Below are positions 28,270-37,454 of a DNA stretch of 64,000 bases, piece after piece; the first letter of the stretch is position 1; each line of letters starts with the position of its first letter. The translations under genes were made by a program, and so were the position numbers. The notes under the pieces are model-generated. The model saw only the letters and a list, made by a program, of their open reading frames with translations. It searched no databases and was not told the DNA's origin. Origin of the DNA: Candidatus Iainarchaeum sp. (lineage in GTDB: Archaea > Iainarchaeota > Iainarchaeia > Iainarchaeales > UBA10219); NCBI GenBank assembly GCA_018304425.1, contig JAGVWE010000007.1, positions 25,804-89,803 of the forward strand, read 5' to 3'.

Positions 28270-29529
28270 TTACCTTTCAAGGAGCCATTTCCAGGCAGGC
28301 GTCACCCTTGTCTTGCCGATTCGGGTTTCTTGGTCATACGTTATGATGATGCCTTTCCTGCCGCCAAATCGTTGGATGGCTTCCTCTAGGCCCCTGGTTT
28401 CGCGTTTCTTGTTTTCTTCGGTGAGCGTGTGGCACACCTGTATGCAGGCATCCTTGGTTAGGAAGTCGCATTCAAATCCGTTCTTGTAATAGTTTATTTC
28501 AGTGTTGCCACGGCGGAACAATTCCGTGAACACAATGTTTTCCAGTATTCTGCCGGGGTCTTTTTCGGTGTTGTAGTAGTTGATGAAGCCATGGTCGCAG
28601 ACATAGGCCTTTTTCAGGTAGGCCGATTCCTTTTTGAAGGATTTTTGTTTTGCATTGACAAAGAAGCAAAAGTATGCGTCTTCAAGGCATTTCGAGTATT
28701 TCTGTATAACGGAGGTGCTGGATTTGTAGCCACTGCTTTTCGCAAAGTTGTTGAATTTGTTCATTGAGTACTCGGAAGCATATTGCCTCGTGAGGTTCTT
28801 CATGAGCAACCGCATCAGTTCGATGTTCTCTACCTTGAACCGCTCGACGATGTCCTGGAATAGCGTGGTTTTGAAGTATTGGTCGATGAACTCCAGCTTC
28901 TTTTCCAGCACTATTTCCGGGAACCCACTCAGGTGCATGAACTCGTCAAACGCTTTTTTTACGGCTGCTTTGGTTCCATTGAACTCCCAATTCCTGCCCG
29001 GGCGGATGCCCCGTATTCCAAGGAATTCCTTGAATGACAAGGGCATCACTTGAATGGGATAGTCCCGTCCCCTCACGGCAGTGGCGATTTCCTTGCTTAA
29101 AAGCCTCGAATTGGAGCCGGTGACATAAACCCGATAAGCTTCGTCGTTCACGCGCCTGACGAATTTTTCCCAGCCCGCCACATTCTGGATTTCGTCAAAA
29201 AAAAGCAGGGGTCTTTTGTCCGGGTAAAGCTCGCCATAAGCTTCCAGTGCCAGCCCCAGCTGGCTGGCTTTCATTTCCGAAATCCGTTCGTCCTCGAAAT
29301 TAAGGTAGAGAAAATCAACCAAATCCAAACCCTTTTTCAGGTGTTCCTGCATGATCTGGTAAAGCATGTAGGTTTTGCCGGCCCTCCTGGGACCAAGGAT
29401 TACGAAAACCTTGTTGACCTCCTTGAATTCAGGCACTTCGACGTCTCTCTCGAATGCCTTCGGCAGCCCCCTTGAATGAAAACCCGCAATGGCTTCCTTG
29501 ACGGCTTTCTTTATCTCGACATCCAGCAT
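28270..29529 (-). CDS. AAA_14/DUF4143-type ATPase
   Basis: GPRRAGKT, FDEIQ, TGSN, GFPE, ECDF. Confidence 0.9.
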   Translation of the reverse strand: MLDVEIKKAVKEAIAGFHSRGLPKAFERDVEVPEFKEVNKVFVILGPRRAGKTYMLYQIMQEHLKKGLDLVDFLYLNFEDERISEMKASQLGLALEAYGELYPDKRPLLFFDEIQNVAGWEKFVRRVNDEAYRVYVTGSNSRLLSKEIATAVRGRDYPIQVMPLSFKEFLGIRGIRPGRNWEFNGTKAAVKKAFDEFMHLSGFPEIVLEKKLEFIDQYFKTTLFQDIVERFKVENIELMRLLMKNLTRQYASEYSMNKFNNFAKSSGYKSSTSVIQKYSKCLEDAYFCFFVNAKQKSFKKESAYLKKAYVCDHGFINYYNTEKDPGRILENIVFTELFRRGNTEINYYKNGFECDFLTKDACIQVCHTLTEENKKRETRGLEEAIQRFGGRKGIIITYDQETRIGKTRVTPAWKWLLER

Positions 29530-29652
29530 ACTATACTAGCCCCCCAACAGCTATTTAAATCTTTCTTTTAAAAGAAAGAATTATGGCAAAATTGTTCTCT
29601 TAAAAGAATGCTTTTGCCTGCGGCCATTAGTCTGGCCCGGCAGGCTGCCCCA

Positions 29653-29694
29653 CTTTGGGAGCTGGCGACCTCGGTTCAAATCCGGGCACGCCCA
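29653..29694 (+). repeat. 3' half remnant of tRNA-Pro(TGG) (att-like direct repeat)
   Basis: 42 bp identical to 26465-26506; 5' half replaced. Confidence 0.9.
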
Positions 29695-29714
29695 TTCGCC
29701 TTCTATTTTCCCTC

Positions 29715-30839
29715 TTAGCCGATGACCACGCCCAGCCACAAGCCAACCAAATAGGTTACGGTGGCCGCGCCCAGGCCAACCAGCGTCATTTCGAGGCCGC
29801 TGCGGAAAAACGAGCGAAGCGTCACCAGGGTGCGCAACGCGCCCGCCAGGAACAGGGCCAGGCACGTGAAAGCAATCGAGGCCGGCAAGGCCGAGGGCAG
29901 GGGCAGCAACGCGAAGGGCAGGACCGGGACCATTCCGGCCACGGCGAACGCGAAACCCGTGTAGGCGGCAAGGCGCCTGGGAGAATCGAAACTGGCTTCG
30001 CCAATGCCTTGTTGTTCGGTCAGCAGGGCCTTCACGAACTCCGCGGGGGAACGCGCCAACCGCTCGGTGACGGTGCGCGCCTCTGCCTCCGTGAAGCCCT
30101 TGGCCAGGTACGCGCGCCGCAACTGTTCTTTCTTGTCCTCCAAGGCAAAGGCAATGGCCTCGCGTTGGAGGCCCGCGCGGGACTCAAACACTTCCTGCTC
30201 GGCTTTCACCGAAATGTAGTTGGACGCGGCCATCGAGACCGCGCCGGCAATCAGTCCCGCGGTTCCCGCGATGAGGACCGGCGCGGTTGCCTGGCTGGCG
30301 CCTGCAACGCCGGCCACCAGGGCCAGCGTGCTTCCCAGGCCGTCGTTCGCGCCGAGAATCATGCTCCGCAAGACGCCTGCCGAACGCCCGGTTTCCTGCA
30401 ACTGGTCGAACAACTCGACTTCGTGGCTGACTTCCTCGGGCAGCAACTGCTTGAAGAGGGCCTGCGCGCGCTCGTCCTTCCACCGGCTGGCCTGGTCCTT
30501 GTACCTGGCGATGCCATCCACTTCCGCCTTGTGCAGCAAGGGCAGCACCGCGCGTACACCAGCCAGGCGCGCAAGCAGGGCGAGGACCTGGTGCTCAACC
30601 ATCCGCTGGCGCGCGGGCACGGCCTGCCTTAGTTCGTCCAAGAGCTCTCGCCAGTGGCCGGCATGCTTTTCCTCGAAAGACGCCAGGGAACGCAGCAGCG
30701 CGGCCCGCGCCGCGTCCTTGTCCATGGCGGCCAGGGCCTCGTACAGCCACTGGCTGGACACCTCGTCCACGTAATTGGCTTGGAGTTCGCGCACGTCCCG
30801 CGCACGCCATTCAAAGGCATTGGCTGCAGCCATAACCAT
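29715..30839 (-). CDS. VIT1/CCC1 transporter with N-terminal rubrerythrin/ferritin-like domain
   Basis: EEKHA, EEVSHE, ILGANDGL, AGAVSMAASNYIS. Confidence 0.9.
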   Translation of the reverse strand: MVMAAANAFEWRARDVRELQANYVDEVSSQWLYEALAAMDKDAARAALLRSLASFEEKHAGHWRELLDELRQAVPARQRMVEHQVLALLARLAGVRAVLPLLHKAEVDGIARYKDQASRWKDERAQALFKQLLPEEVSHEVELFDQLQETGRSAGVLRSMILGANDGLGSTLALVAGVAGASQATAPVLIAGTAGLIAGAVSMAASNYISVKAEQEVFESRAGLQREAIAFALEDKKEQLRRAYLAKGFTEAEARTVTERLARSPAEFVKALLTEQQGIGEASFDSPRRLAAYTGFAFAVAGMVPVLPFALLPLPSALPASIAFTCLALFLAGALRTLVTLRSFFRSGLEMTLVGLGAATVTYLVGLWLGVVIG

Positions 30840-30907
30840 GCCTGTGCCCCGAACAGAATAAATAAAGCGGGGTTATAAAGTTTTCCCTGGCTAAAATCGT
30901 GGGGCCA

Positions 30908-30980
30908 GGGGAGGTAGTCTAGTCTGGCAGGATACCAGCTTGGGGTGCTGGCGACCCGAGTTCAAATCTCGGCCTCCCCA
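30908..30980 (+). tRNA. tRNA-Pro(GGG)
   Basis: Full cloverleaf; CCAGC-TTGGGGT-GCTGG. Confidence 0.96.
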
Positions 30981-31103
30981 CTGACCGCCACAGCCGGTCA
31001 ACGTCTGTGGACTTTCCCGTGCCGCTTCGCGTCACGGGAAGAGGCCTGCCTTTGGGCAGGCCCCAAGTTGCAGCAAACCTTTAAATACTCCTGTGGATAT
31101 AAG

Positions 31104-31163
31104 TAGTATGATGAACCTGCAAAGAAGGCGATGTATTCCAGGCCGGTTCCACTGATTTCACTA
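31104..31163 (+). ncRNA. Candidate C/D box sRNA
   Basis: Box C ATGATGA 31108, box D CTGA 31152, TAGT/ACTA ends, TTTAAATA box at 31080; internal D'/C' boxes degenerate. Confidence 0.45.
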
Positions 31164-31174
31164 GCCATCGCCCC

Positions 31175-31933
31175 AAATTTTTCTGCATCGGTTTCATCGG
31201 CTTCGGCCGCCTTGCCTCCGCGCTGGCTGCCGGGCTCCTCTCTGCCGGCTGGCCTGCGCGCCTGATTTCCGCGTGCACGCGGCGCAACGCTCGGACCATT
31301 GCCGGTGTGCGTTGCACCCGTGATTGGGCGTCCACGCTCCGGAACGCGCGCGTCGTCATCCTCGCGGTCAAGCCGAAGGACGCCGAAGCCGCGCTCACGC
31401 AGGCCCGGCCGCACTTCGCCCGCGACACGCTGCTGGTTTCCGTGGTCACCGGGGTTTCCCTGAAAAACCTGCAGTCTTTTTTCGGCTTGAAGCGAGTCGC
31501 GTACGCCATGCCGAACGTGGCCGCGCGCGAAAATTGTTCGCTTACTGCGCTGTGCTTCAGCCGCGCGTGCACGCGCCAGGACAAGCGCAGGGTGCAGGAA
31601 ATATTCGGCCTGCTCGGCGAGACCCTCTCGCTTTCTGAGCGTGACTTCATGGCTTTCATGTACGCCGACGCTTGCGGCATTGCTATCGTCTCCTATCTCG
31701 TGCAGGCGCTCTTCCTTTCGTTCAACGATTTGGGTCTATCGGAAAAACTTTCGCTGCGCGTCACGCGCGCGCTGCTCCGCGGCACGGCCTCGCTTGCGGA
31801 CACCTGGTCGTTCGAGGAGATAATCGGAATGGTGAAGACTAAGCGCGGCTACACCGAGCGGTTGCTGCAAGCCCTGGACCAGCAACGCGTCGCCAAAGGA
31901 ATTCGGCGCGCGTACGAAAAGGTGGGCCGATGA
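31175..31933 (+). CDS. proC: Pyrroline-5-carboxylate reductase; no in-frame start codon before the Rossmann motif
   Basis: IGFIGFGRLA, ILAVKP, SVVTGV, AMPN; in-frame stop at 31112; coupled to proA. Confidence 0.75.
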   Translation, partial: KFFCIGFIGFGRLASALAAGLLSAGWPARLISACTRRNARTIAGVRCTRDWASTLRNARVVILAVKPKDAEAALTQARPHFARDTLLVSVVTGVSLKNLQSFFGLKRVAYAMPNVAARENCSLTALCFSRACTRQDKRRVQEIFGLLGETLSLSERDFMAFMYADACGIAIVSYLVQALFLSFNDLGLSEKLSLRVTRALLRGTASLADTWSFEEIIGMVKTKRGYTERLLQALDQQRVAKGIRRAYEKVGR

Positions 31934-33192
31934 CCTCCATGAAATCGTTGGCCGCTGGGGCGCGCACCGCGCAGTCCGAACTGGCCGCGTCCACTTCCAC
32001 GCAACGCGCGAAAGCCCTGCGCTGGATGGCCAAGGCCGTGCGGAAATCCGGGAACCGGGTCCTGGCCGCCAACCGCAAGGACCTGGCCCGTGCCCGCGTA
32101 AAAGGCGTTTCCGAGGCGTTCCTTGACCGATTACGGCTTAGCGACCGGCGGCTGGAAGAGGCCGTTCAGGCGGTCGAAGAGTTTAGTCGTCGCGAGGATT
32201 TGCTCGGTGAAACCATCGAGGCATGGACGACTTCCGCCGGCCTCCGCATCCGCAAAGTGCGCGTGCCCCTCGGCGTGGTGCTGTTGGTGTTCGAAGCCCG
32301 GCCCCTCGTGTGCCTGGAAGCCGCCATGCTCGCGTTGAAGGCAGGCAACGCCCTCCTGCTCCGCCCCTCCCGCGACGCGGAGAATTCCTGCCGCGAACTC
32401 ATTGCCTGCGTTCGTTCCGCGCTGAAGCATGCCGGCCTGTCCGCCGACTGCGTGGCCCTCGTGCCTCCCGTCGGCGGCAAGCGGAGGCTGCACGAGCTGC
32501 TTGCCTTGCATGGCCTCATCGACGTCGTCATCCCCCGCGGCGGGGCTTCGTTCATCGACTGGGTGCGCTCGCACGCGAAAATCCCGGTCATCGAGACCGG
32601 TGCGGGCAACTGCCACGTCTACGTCGACGCGTCCGCAGACGCATCCGCAAATCTCCGGCAGGCGCTTGCCATCCTCGTGAACGCGAAAACCTCGCGTCCC
32701 TCGGTGTGCAACGCGGCCGAGAAACTGCTCGTGCACAAAGCCATTGCCAGAAAGTTCCTGCCGGTGGCCGTGGCCGCGTTGCGCGAGCGCGGCGTGCGCG
32801 TGCATGGCTGTGAGCGCTCCCGCAAACTCGTGAAGGGGCTTTTGCGTGCCACCGAGGCCGACTGGTTCAAGGAATATCTTGGCCTGGAAATCGCGGTCAA
32901 GGTGGTTGACTCGGTCGACGAAGCCATTGCGCACATCAACCGTTATTCCACGCACCACTCGGAGGCCATCTGCGCGAAGGACCGGAAGGCACTCCGCCGG
33001 TTCCTCGCTGGCGTGGATTCGGCCGCGGTTTACGCCAATGCCAGCACGCGGTTTTCGGATGGGGGTTGTTTCGGCTTCGGCGGGGAAATCGGCATCAGCA
33101 CGCAGAAGCTGCACGCCCGTGGCCCCATGGCCGAGCGGGAGTTGACGTCCTACAAGTACGTGGTGGAAGGCAAGGGCCAGGTGAGGACATGA
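31930..33192 (+). CDS. proA: Gamma-glutamyl phosphate reductase
   Basis: IPRGG, RPSVCNAAE, NASTRFSDG, STQKLHARGP. Confidence 0.96.
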   Translation: MTSMKSLAAGARTAQSELAASTSTQRAKALRWMAKAVRKSGNRVLAANRKDLARARVKGVSEAFLDRLRLSDRRLEEAVQAVEEFSRREDLLGETIEAWTTSAGLRIRKVRVPLGVVLLVFEARPLVCLEAAMLALKAGNALLLRPSRDAENSCRELIACVRSALKHAGLSADCVALVPPVGGKRRLHELLALHGLIDVVIPRGGASFIDWVRSHAKIPVIETGAGNCHVYVDASADASANLRQALAILVNAKTSRPSVCNAAEKLLVHKAIARKFLPVAVAALRERGVRVHGCERSRKLVKGLLRATEADWFKEYLGLEIAVKVVDSVDEAIAHINRYSTHHSEAICAKDRKALRRFLAGVDSAAVYANASTRFSDGGCFGFGGEIGISTQKLHARGPMAERELTSYKYVVEGKGQVRT

Positions 33193-34019
33193 CTGAAAAC
33201 CTGTTCGCGGGCACGAAGCGGCTGCTGGTGAAGATTGGCACCAATGCCTTGCTGAAGGACAATGCCCCGGACCGGAGGGCCATGAAGGACTTGGCGCGCG
33301 CGCTTTCCGCGCTGCGGAGGCGCGGCATCCAGTGCGCCCTGGTGTCCAGTGGAGCCATCGGCTTCGGCTGTGAGCGGCTCTACCTCACCCGCAGCACGCT
33401 TAGCCTGGCGCTCCAGCAGGCCTGTGCCGCCGTCGGCCAGGTGGAGTTGATGGCCGAGTACGCGCGCGCCTTCCAGGCCTTCAACCAGCGCATGGCCCAG
33501 GTGCTGGTTTCGGGCGAGAATTTCCGTTCCCCGCAGGCCCTGGCCAACCTGCGCGCCACGGTGGAAGCCTTGTTTGGCCTCAACACCATTCCGGTCTTCA
33601 ACGAGAACGACGCGGTCTCGGTCGCCGAACTCGATAGTGGCAAGCTGTTCTCGGACAACGATGGCCTCACGGCCTTGGTGGCCCTGCACCTGGGTTTCGA
33701 TGGCGTCGTCTTCATCTCGGATGTCGGCGGCCTCTACGAGCGGGGAGCGGGTGGAAACGGCTTTGGGGTGCTGGTCAGGGAAGTGGGGGACGTGTCCGTG
33801 CTCGACTTTTCCGGCCGCGTCGTGGGGGCCAATGGCAAGGGCGGCCTTGCCTCCAAGCTGGCGGCCACCCGGCGGCTCACCGAGCAAGGCATCCCGGTGG
33901 CGCTCGTCAAGAAGGAGAAGGACGCGCTGGACAAGGTCTTCGCGGGCCGCGCCCATGGCACGCTTTTTATGCCTAAGCCGGGAATGCTGGGCGGGGGAGA
34001 AAACCGTGGCAATGATTGA
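33189..34019 (+). CDS. proB: Glutamate 5-kinase (no PUA domain)
   Basis: VKIGT, VSSGAI, AAVGQ, NENDAV, DNDGL. Confidence 0.94.
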   Translation: MTENLFAGTKRLLVKIGTNALLKDNAPDRRAMKDLARALSALRRRGIQCALVSSGAIGFGCERLYLTRSTLSLALQQACAAVGQVELMAEYARAFQAFNQRMAQVLVSGENFRSPQALANLRATVEALFGLNTIPVFNENDAVSVAELDSGKLFSDNDGLTALVALHLGFDGVVFISDVGGLYERGAGGNGFGVLVREVGDVSVLDFSGRVVGANGKGGLASKLAATRRLTEQGIPVALVKKEKDALDKVFAGRAHGTLFMPKPGMLGGGENRGND

Positions 34020-34338
34020 CGACTTCCTGAAACTCGACATCCGTGTCGGAAAGGTCATCCAGGTGGAGGAGGCCCCGGACCTCCGGAAGCCGGTCTACAA
34101 GCTGACGATCGACTTCGGCGCGGAAATCGGCGTGAAGCGTTCCCTGGCAGGGGTTCCGCCCAACTACAAAAAGGAGGCCTTGCTCAACCAGCTCGTGCTC
34201 GCGGTAGTGAATTTCCCGCCGCGGCAGATGGGCAAGCACCTCTCAGAAGTGCTCACCTTGGGCGTGGACGACGCCGAGGGGAAGTGCGTGCTCATCAAGC
34301 CCGATTGGGACGTGTTTTTGGGCTCGCGGCTGCACTAG
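34012..34338 (+). CDS. csaA: CsaA/tRNA-binding OB-fold protein
   Basis: FLKLDIRVG, VVNFPPRQ, SEVLTLG. Confidence 0.9.
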   Translation: MIDDFLKLDIRVGKVIQVEEAPDLRKPVYKLTIDFGAEIGVKRSLAGVPPNYKKEALLNQLVLAVVNFPPRQMGKHLSEVLTLGVDDAEGKCVLIKPDWDVFLGSRLH

Positions 34339-34350
34339 GCCCTGTGTCGG

Positions 34351-34629
34351 CTACTGGTAGGCATGGTTGTGGTGGTCGAAGTCTACGAAGAGAACGAATT
34401 TGATCGCCTTGTCATATTTGAACGTCAGCACAAAGTGCTTGTCGATGTGCACGCGTTGTTCTCCCTTGCGCCCGTGCCGCAGGTGCTTGTAGCGTTCGAT
34501 GGCGGATTCGTCCGAGTTGACGATTTCCTGGATTTTCTTCATCACGATTTCGTACCTGTGGCGGTCGCGCCTGAAAAGCCTGTCAAGGATGGATTTCAGT
34601 TCAGGGGAAAAGTCGTGGGCTAGCGGCAT
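34351..34629 (-). CDS. RelE/YafQ-like toxin
   Basis: YKHLR...RVHIDKHFVL...DFDHH. Confidence 0.85.
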   Translation of the reverse strand: MPLAHDFSPELKSILDRLFRRDRHRYEIVMKKIQEIVNSDESAIERYKHLRHGRKGEQRVHIDKHFVLTFKYDKAIKFVLFVDFDHHNHAYQ

Positions 34630-34893
34630 TTACTTACCTTCGATTTCCTTGCGCAGCTCTTCGATGCTCGTGGGCCGGTAGCCAGGTTTCCTGGCTTGCT
34701 TGTAGTACTCGCGCTGGATTCGGTCCAGCTTCTTCAAATAGCTCGGCTTCACCTTGCGTTCAACCTCGTCTTCGCCGTACATTTCCGCGAACTTGTTAAT
34801 CGCCTCGCTCTTGTCCTTGAGCCCGTACTTGGCCTTGACGACCATCAGCACCCGGTTCGTGTACTCGTTCAGCGAGACCCTGGCGTCCACCAT
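34630..34893 (-). CDS. Antitoxin (DUF2683-like)
   Basis: NRVLMVVKAKYGLKDKSEAI; palindrome TGTGTATTCGGTGTACACA upstream. Confidence 0.82.
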   Translation of the reverse strand: MVDARVSLNEYTNRVLMVVKAKYGLKDKSEAINKFAEMYGEDEVERKVKPSYLKKLDRIQREYYKQARKPGYRPTSIEELRKEIEGK

Positions 34894-35099
34894 GCATGCA
34901 CCTCCTGTGTATTCGGTGTACACATGGGGTGCATAGGGTTTAGTTAAGGCTTTCGGCTGCATGCGGGTAAAGTAGGCAACGGAATTAATTTAACTATTTC
35001 GTTGATTGTCGTAATAAATGGCTTTTTGGGGGTCTGGGGGGTCCCGGGCAGCAGGGTTCCCAAGGTTTAAATAACTGGCTTCCCATATATGGTGCGTTC

Positions 35100-36554
35100 A
35101 TGGCCGAAAAAAAGCCTGCCGAAAGGGATGCTTTGCTGGGCATTGGCGTTAAGAAAGCCCAGGACTTCGTGGAATGGTATTCCCAGGTCGTGCTCAAGGC
35201 CGAGCTCGCCGACTACGCTCCCGTCAAGGGCTTCATGGTCATCCGGCCGCGGGGCTACGCGGTGTGGGAAAACATCCAGGCCCACTTCAACCAGTGCATC
35301 AAGGCCTTGGGCGTGCAAAATGCGTACTTCCCGTTGCTGATTCCGGAGAGCTTCTTCAGGCGCGAGGCCGAGCACGCGCAGGGCTTCGCCCCCGAGCTCG
35401 CCTGGATCGAGAAAAAGGAGGGCGAGGAACGCGTGGCCATCCGCCCCACGAGCGAGACCATCATGTATGATTCCTACGCGAAGTGGATCAGGTCCTACCG
35501 CGACCTGCCCCTGCGTATCAACCAGTGGTGCAACGTGCTCCGCTGGGAAGTCAGCCAGACCAAGATTTTCTTGCGGACGCGGGAGTTCCTCTGGCAGGAA
35601 GGCCACTGCGTGTACGAGTCGAAAGAGGACTGCGACCGGGAAGTCCAGCTGATGCTGGAGGAATATCGGAAACTATGCGAGGACGTGCTGGCCATCCCGG
35701 TGCTGACCGGTTACAAGTCGAAGGCCGAGACCTTCGCCGGCGCGCTTTACACCACGACCTTGGAGGCGCTGATGCCGGACGGGAAGGCCCTGCAGTTGGG
35801 CACCTCCCACAACCTGGGCCAGGGCTTCGCGAAAGCGTTCGGCATCGAGTTCCTGGGCCGCGACGAGGAAAAGCACGTGCCCTGGCAGTCTTCCTGGGGT
35901 TTTTCCACGCGCCTGATTGGGGCCCTGGTGATGGTGCACGGGGACGACAAGGGCTTAATCCTGCCGCCCCGCATCGCCTCGGTGAAGGCCGTGGTCGTGC
36001 CCATCGTCTTTGACAAGGGCCGCGAGGCCGTGCTGGCGAAGGCCAGGGAGCTGGCACAGGCGCTCAGCAAAGCCGGCATAGCCTGCCACTTGGATGACCG
36101 CGACGAGTACTCCGCGGGCTGGAAGTTCAACGAATGGGAACTGAAAGGGGTTCCCCTTCGCGTCGAGGTGGGCCCGAAGGACGTCGAAAAAAAGCAGTGC
36201 GTCCTGGTGCGCCGTGACACCGGGGAAAAGGCGTTCGTCAAGGAAACCGATCTGGTGCAGGAAGCGGGGCGGCTCTTGGACGCCGTCCAGGCAGGCCTCT
36301 TGGCGCGCGCGAAGAAGTTCCGCGACGAGAACACCGTGGAAGCCAAGTCGTACGCGGACTTCCAGAAGGCCATCGAGGCGCGCAAGCTGGTGAAGGCCTT
36401 TTTCTGCGAGCAGGAAGCCTGCGAGAAGAAAATCAAGGAAGAGACGACCGCGACCAGCCGCTGCATTCCCTTCAACCAATCGGGTGCCGGCGGAAAATGC
36501 GTCAAATGCGGCAGCCCGGCCAAGCGGTGGGCGTACTTCGCGAAGAACTACTGA
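35100..36554 (+). CDS. proS: Proline-tRNA ligase (archaeal/eukaryal type)
   Basis: IRPTSET, RTREFLWQEGH, GTSHNLGQ, C-terminal FAKNY. Confidence 0.97.
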   Translation: MAEKKPAERDALLGIGVKKAQDFVEWYSQVVLKAELADYAPVKGFMVIRPRGYAVWENIQAHFNQCIKALGVQNAYFPLLIPESFFRREAEHAQGFAPELAWIEKKEGEERVAIRPTSETIMYDSYAKWIRSYRDLPLRINQWCNVLRWEVSQTKIFLRTREFLWQEGHCVYESKEDCDREVQLMLEEYRKLCEDVLAIPVLTGYKSKAETFAGALYTTTLEALMPDGKALQLGTSHNLGQGFAKAFGIEFLGRDEEKHVPWQSSWGFSTRLIGALVMVHGDDKGLILPPRIASVKAVVVPIVFDKGREAVLAKARELAQALSKAGIACHLDDRDEYSAGWKFNEWELKGVPLRVEVGPKDVEKKQCVLVRRDTGEKAFVKETDLVQEAGRLLDAVQAGLLARAKKFRDENTVEAKSYADFQKAIEARKLVKAFFCEQEACEKKIKEETTATSRCIPFNQSGAGGKCVKCGSPAKRWAYFAKNY

Positions 36555-36579
36555 TTTACCGCTGCGGTTCGGCACGCGT

Positions 36580-36837
36580 TCACGGATACGGTGAGCGGTT
36601 GGCAATCAGGCCCTCGTGCTTCGTGGCCGGCACTTTTTTCTTTATGTGGATTTTGGAGACGAAGACAACAAATAGGAGAAGCCCCAGGCCCGCCGAATAG
36701 ATAAGCCATTCCCGATAAATAAATTCTCCTTGGGGGCCGGTGAATGTCCCGGTTGCAAGGGCGGCGATGCCAGCTGTCGCCAGCACCAAGCCATTCAATC
36801 CGAGCAAGAGGCCCGTGATTTTTTTTGCCATTCCCAT
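36580..36837 (-). CDS. Small two-TM protein ending NRSPYP
   Basis: 85-aa hydrophobic ORF. Confidence 0.6.
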   Translation of the reverse strand: MGMAKKITGLLLGLNGLVLATAGIAALATGTFTGPQGEFIYREWLIYSAGLGLLLFVVFVSKIHIKKKVPATKHEGLIANRSPYP

Positions 36838-36874
36838 GATACGTTGTTAAGCGGATTCGCTTATAATTATAGGC

Positions 36875-37180
36875 ATGGCCTCAAACCGATTGAAGGGGGC
36901 TTTTAAGAATGGATACGACTTCTTGGACGCCCTGTCTCTGGTTGGGGACTACTTGGAGGAACCGGGTGAACTCACTCGCTGCCTCGAGGAAGTCGGCGAC
37001 AAGCGGAAGAAAGCGCTTGAGAGAGAATGGAAAAACGCCGAACTCGTCAGCAAACACCGCACCATTCTCACGTCGTGGTCGGAGGACGACCGCTATGCGG
37101 ACGACAGATTTTACCAGAAAAAGCTCCTTGAATGCTATGATGTGAACCGGAAGTTGCGTCGGGCCATGGGCCTGCCCTAG
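36875..37180 (+). CDS. Hypothetical protein, paralog of 38079-38372
   Basis: Shared TSWSEDDRY.DDRFYQKKL.ECYD...AMGLP. Confidence 0.75.
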   Translation: MASNRLKGAFKNGYDFLDALSLVGDYLEEPGELTRCLEEVGDKRKKALEREWKNAELVSKHRTILTSWSEDDRYADDRFYQKKLLECYDVNRKLRRAMGLP

Positions 37181-37185
37181 CGGGT

Positions 37186-37449
37186 TCAAAAGAACTGCCG
37201 GTACCATCGCTCGTATTCCTTGTGCGTGCCGACAAAGTAGAACCTGGCTTGTTTCGGCGTTTCAAACACGCGGTACGCGATGCGATGCTGTCCGACTTCG
37301 TCGACGAAATAGTTGGCCCCTCGCTTCAGGTGCCGCTTGAACGGTTGTTCCAGGATTTTCGCAATCTTCTTGGCCACTCTTTCCTTCAACTCGTTGTCAA
37401 GCCGGTTGAAATGGACGGGCCAATTTTCGTCGAATGCTGCCGCATACAT
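37186..37449 (-). CDS. RelE-like toxin
   Basis: KRHLK...VGQHRIAY...FVGTHKEYERW. Confidence 0.82.
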   Translation of the reverse strand: MYAAAFDENWPVHFNRLDNELKERVAKKIAKILEQPFKRHLKRGANYFVDEVGQHRIAYRVFETPKQARFYFVGTHKEYERWYRQFF

Positions 37450-37454
37450 GCGCG

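Noticed and set aside
34327-34961. 8-bp repeat CGGCTGCA (csaA tail) on both sides of the RelE-type TA pair
   Set aside because: Fits the tail-duplication pattern but is too short to distinguish from chance.
35026-35065. G-rich GGGGGTCTGGGGGGTCCC tract upstream of proS as an IS end or attenuator
   Set aside because: Single, incomplete palindrome with no partner end or transposase.
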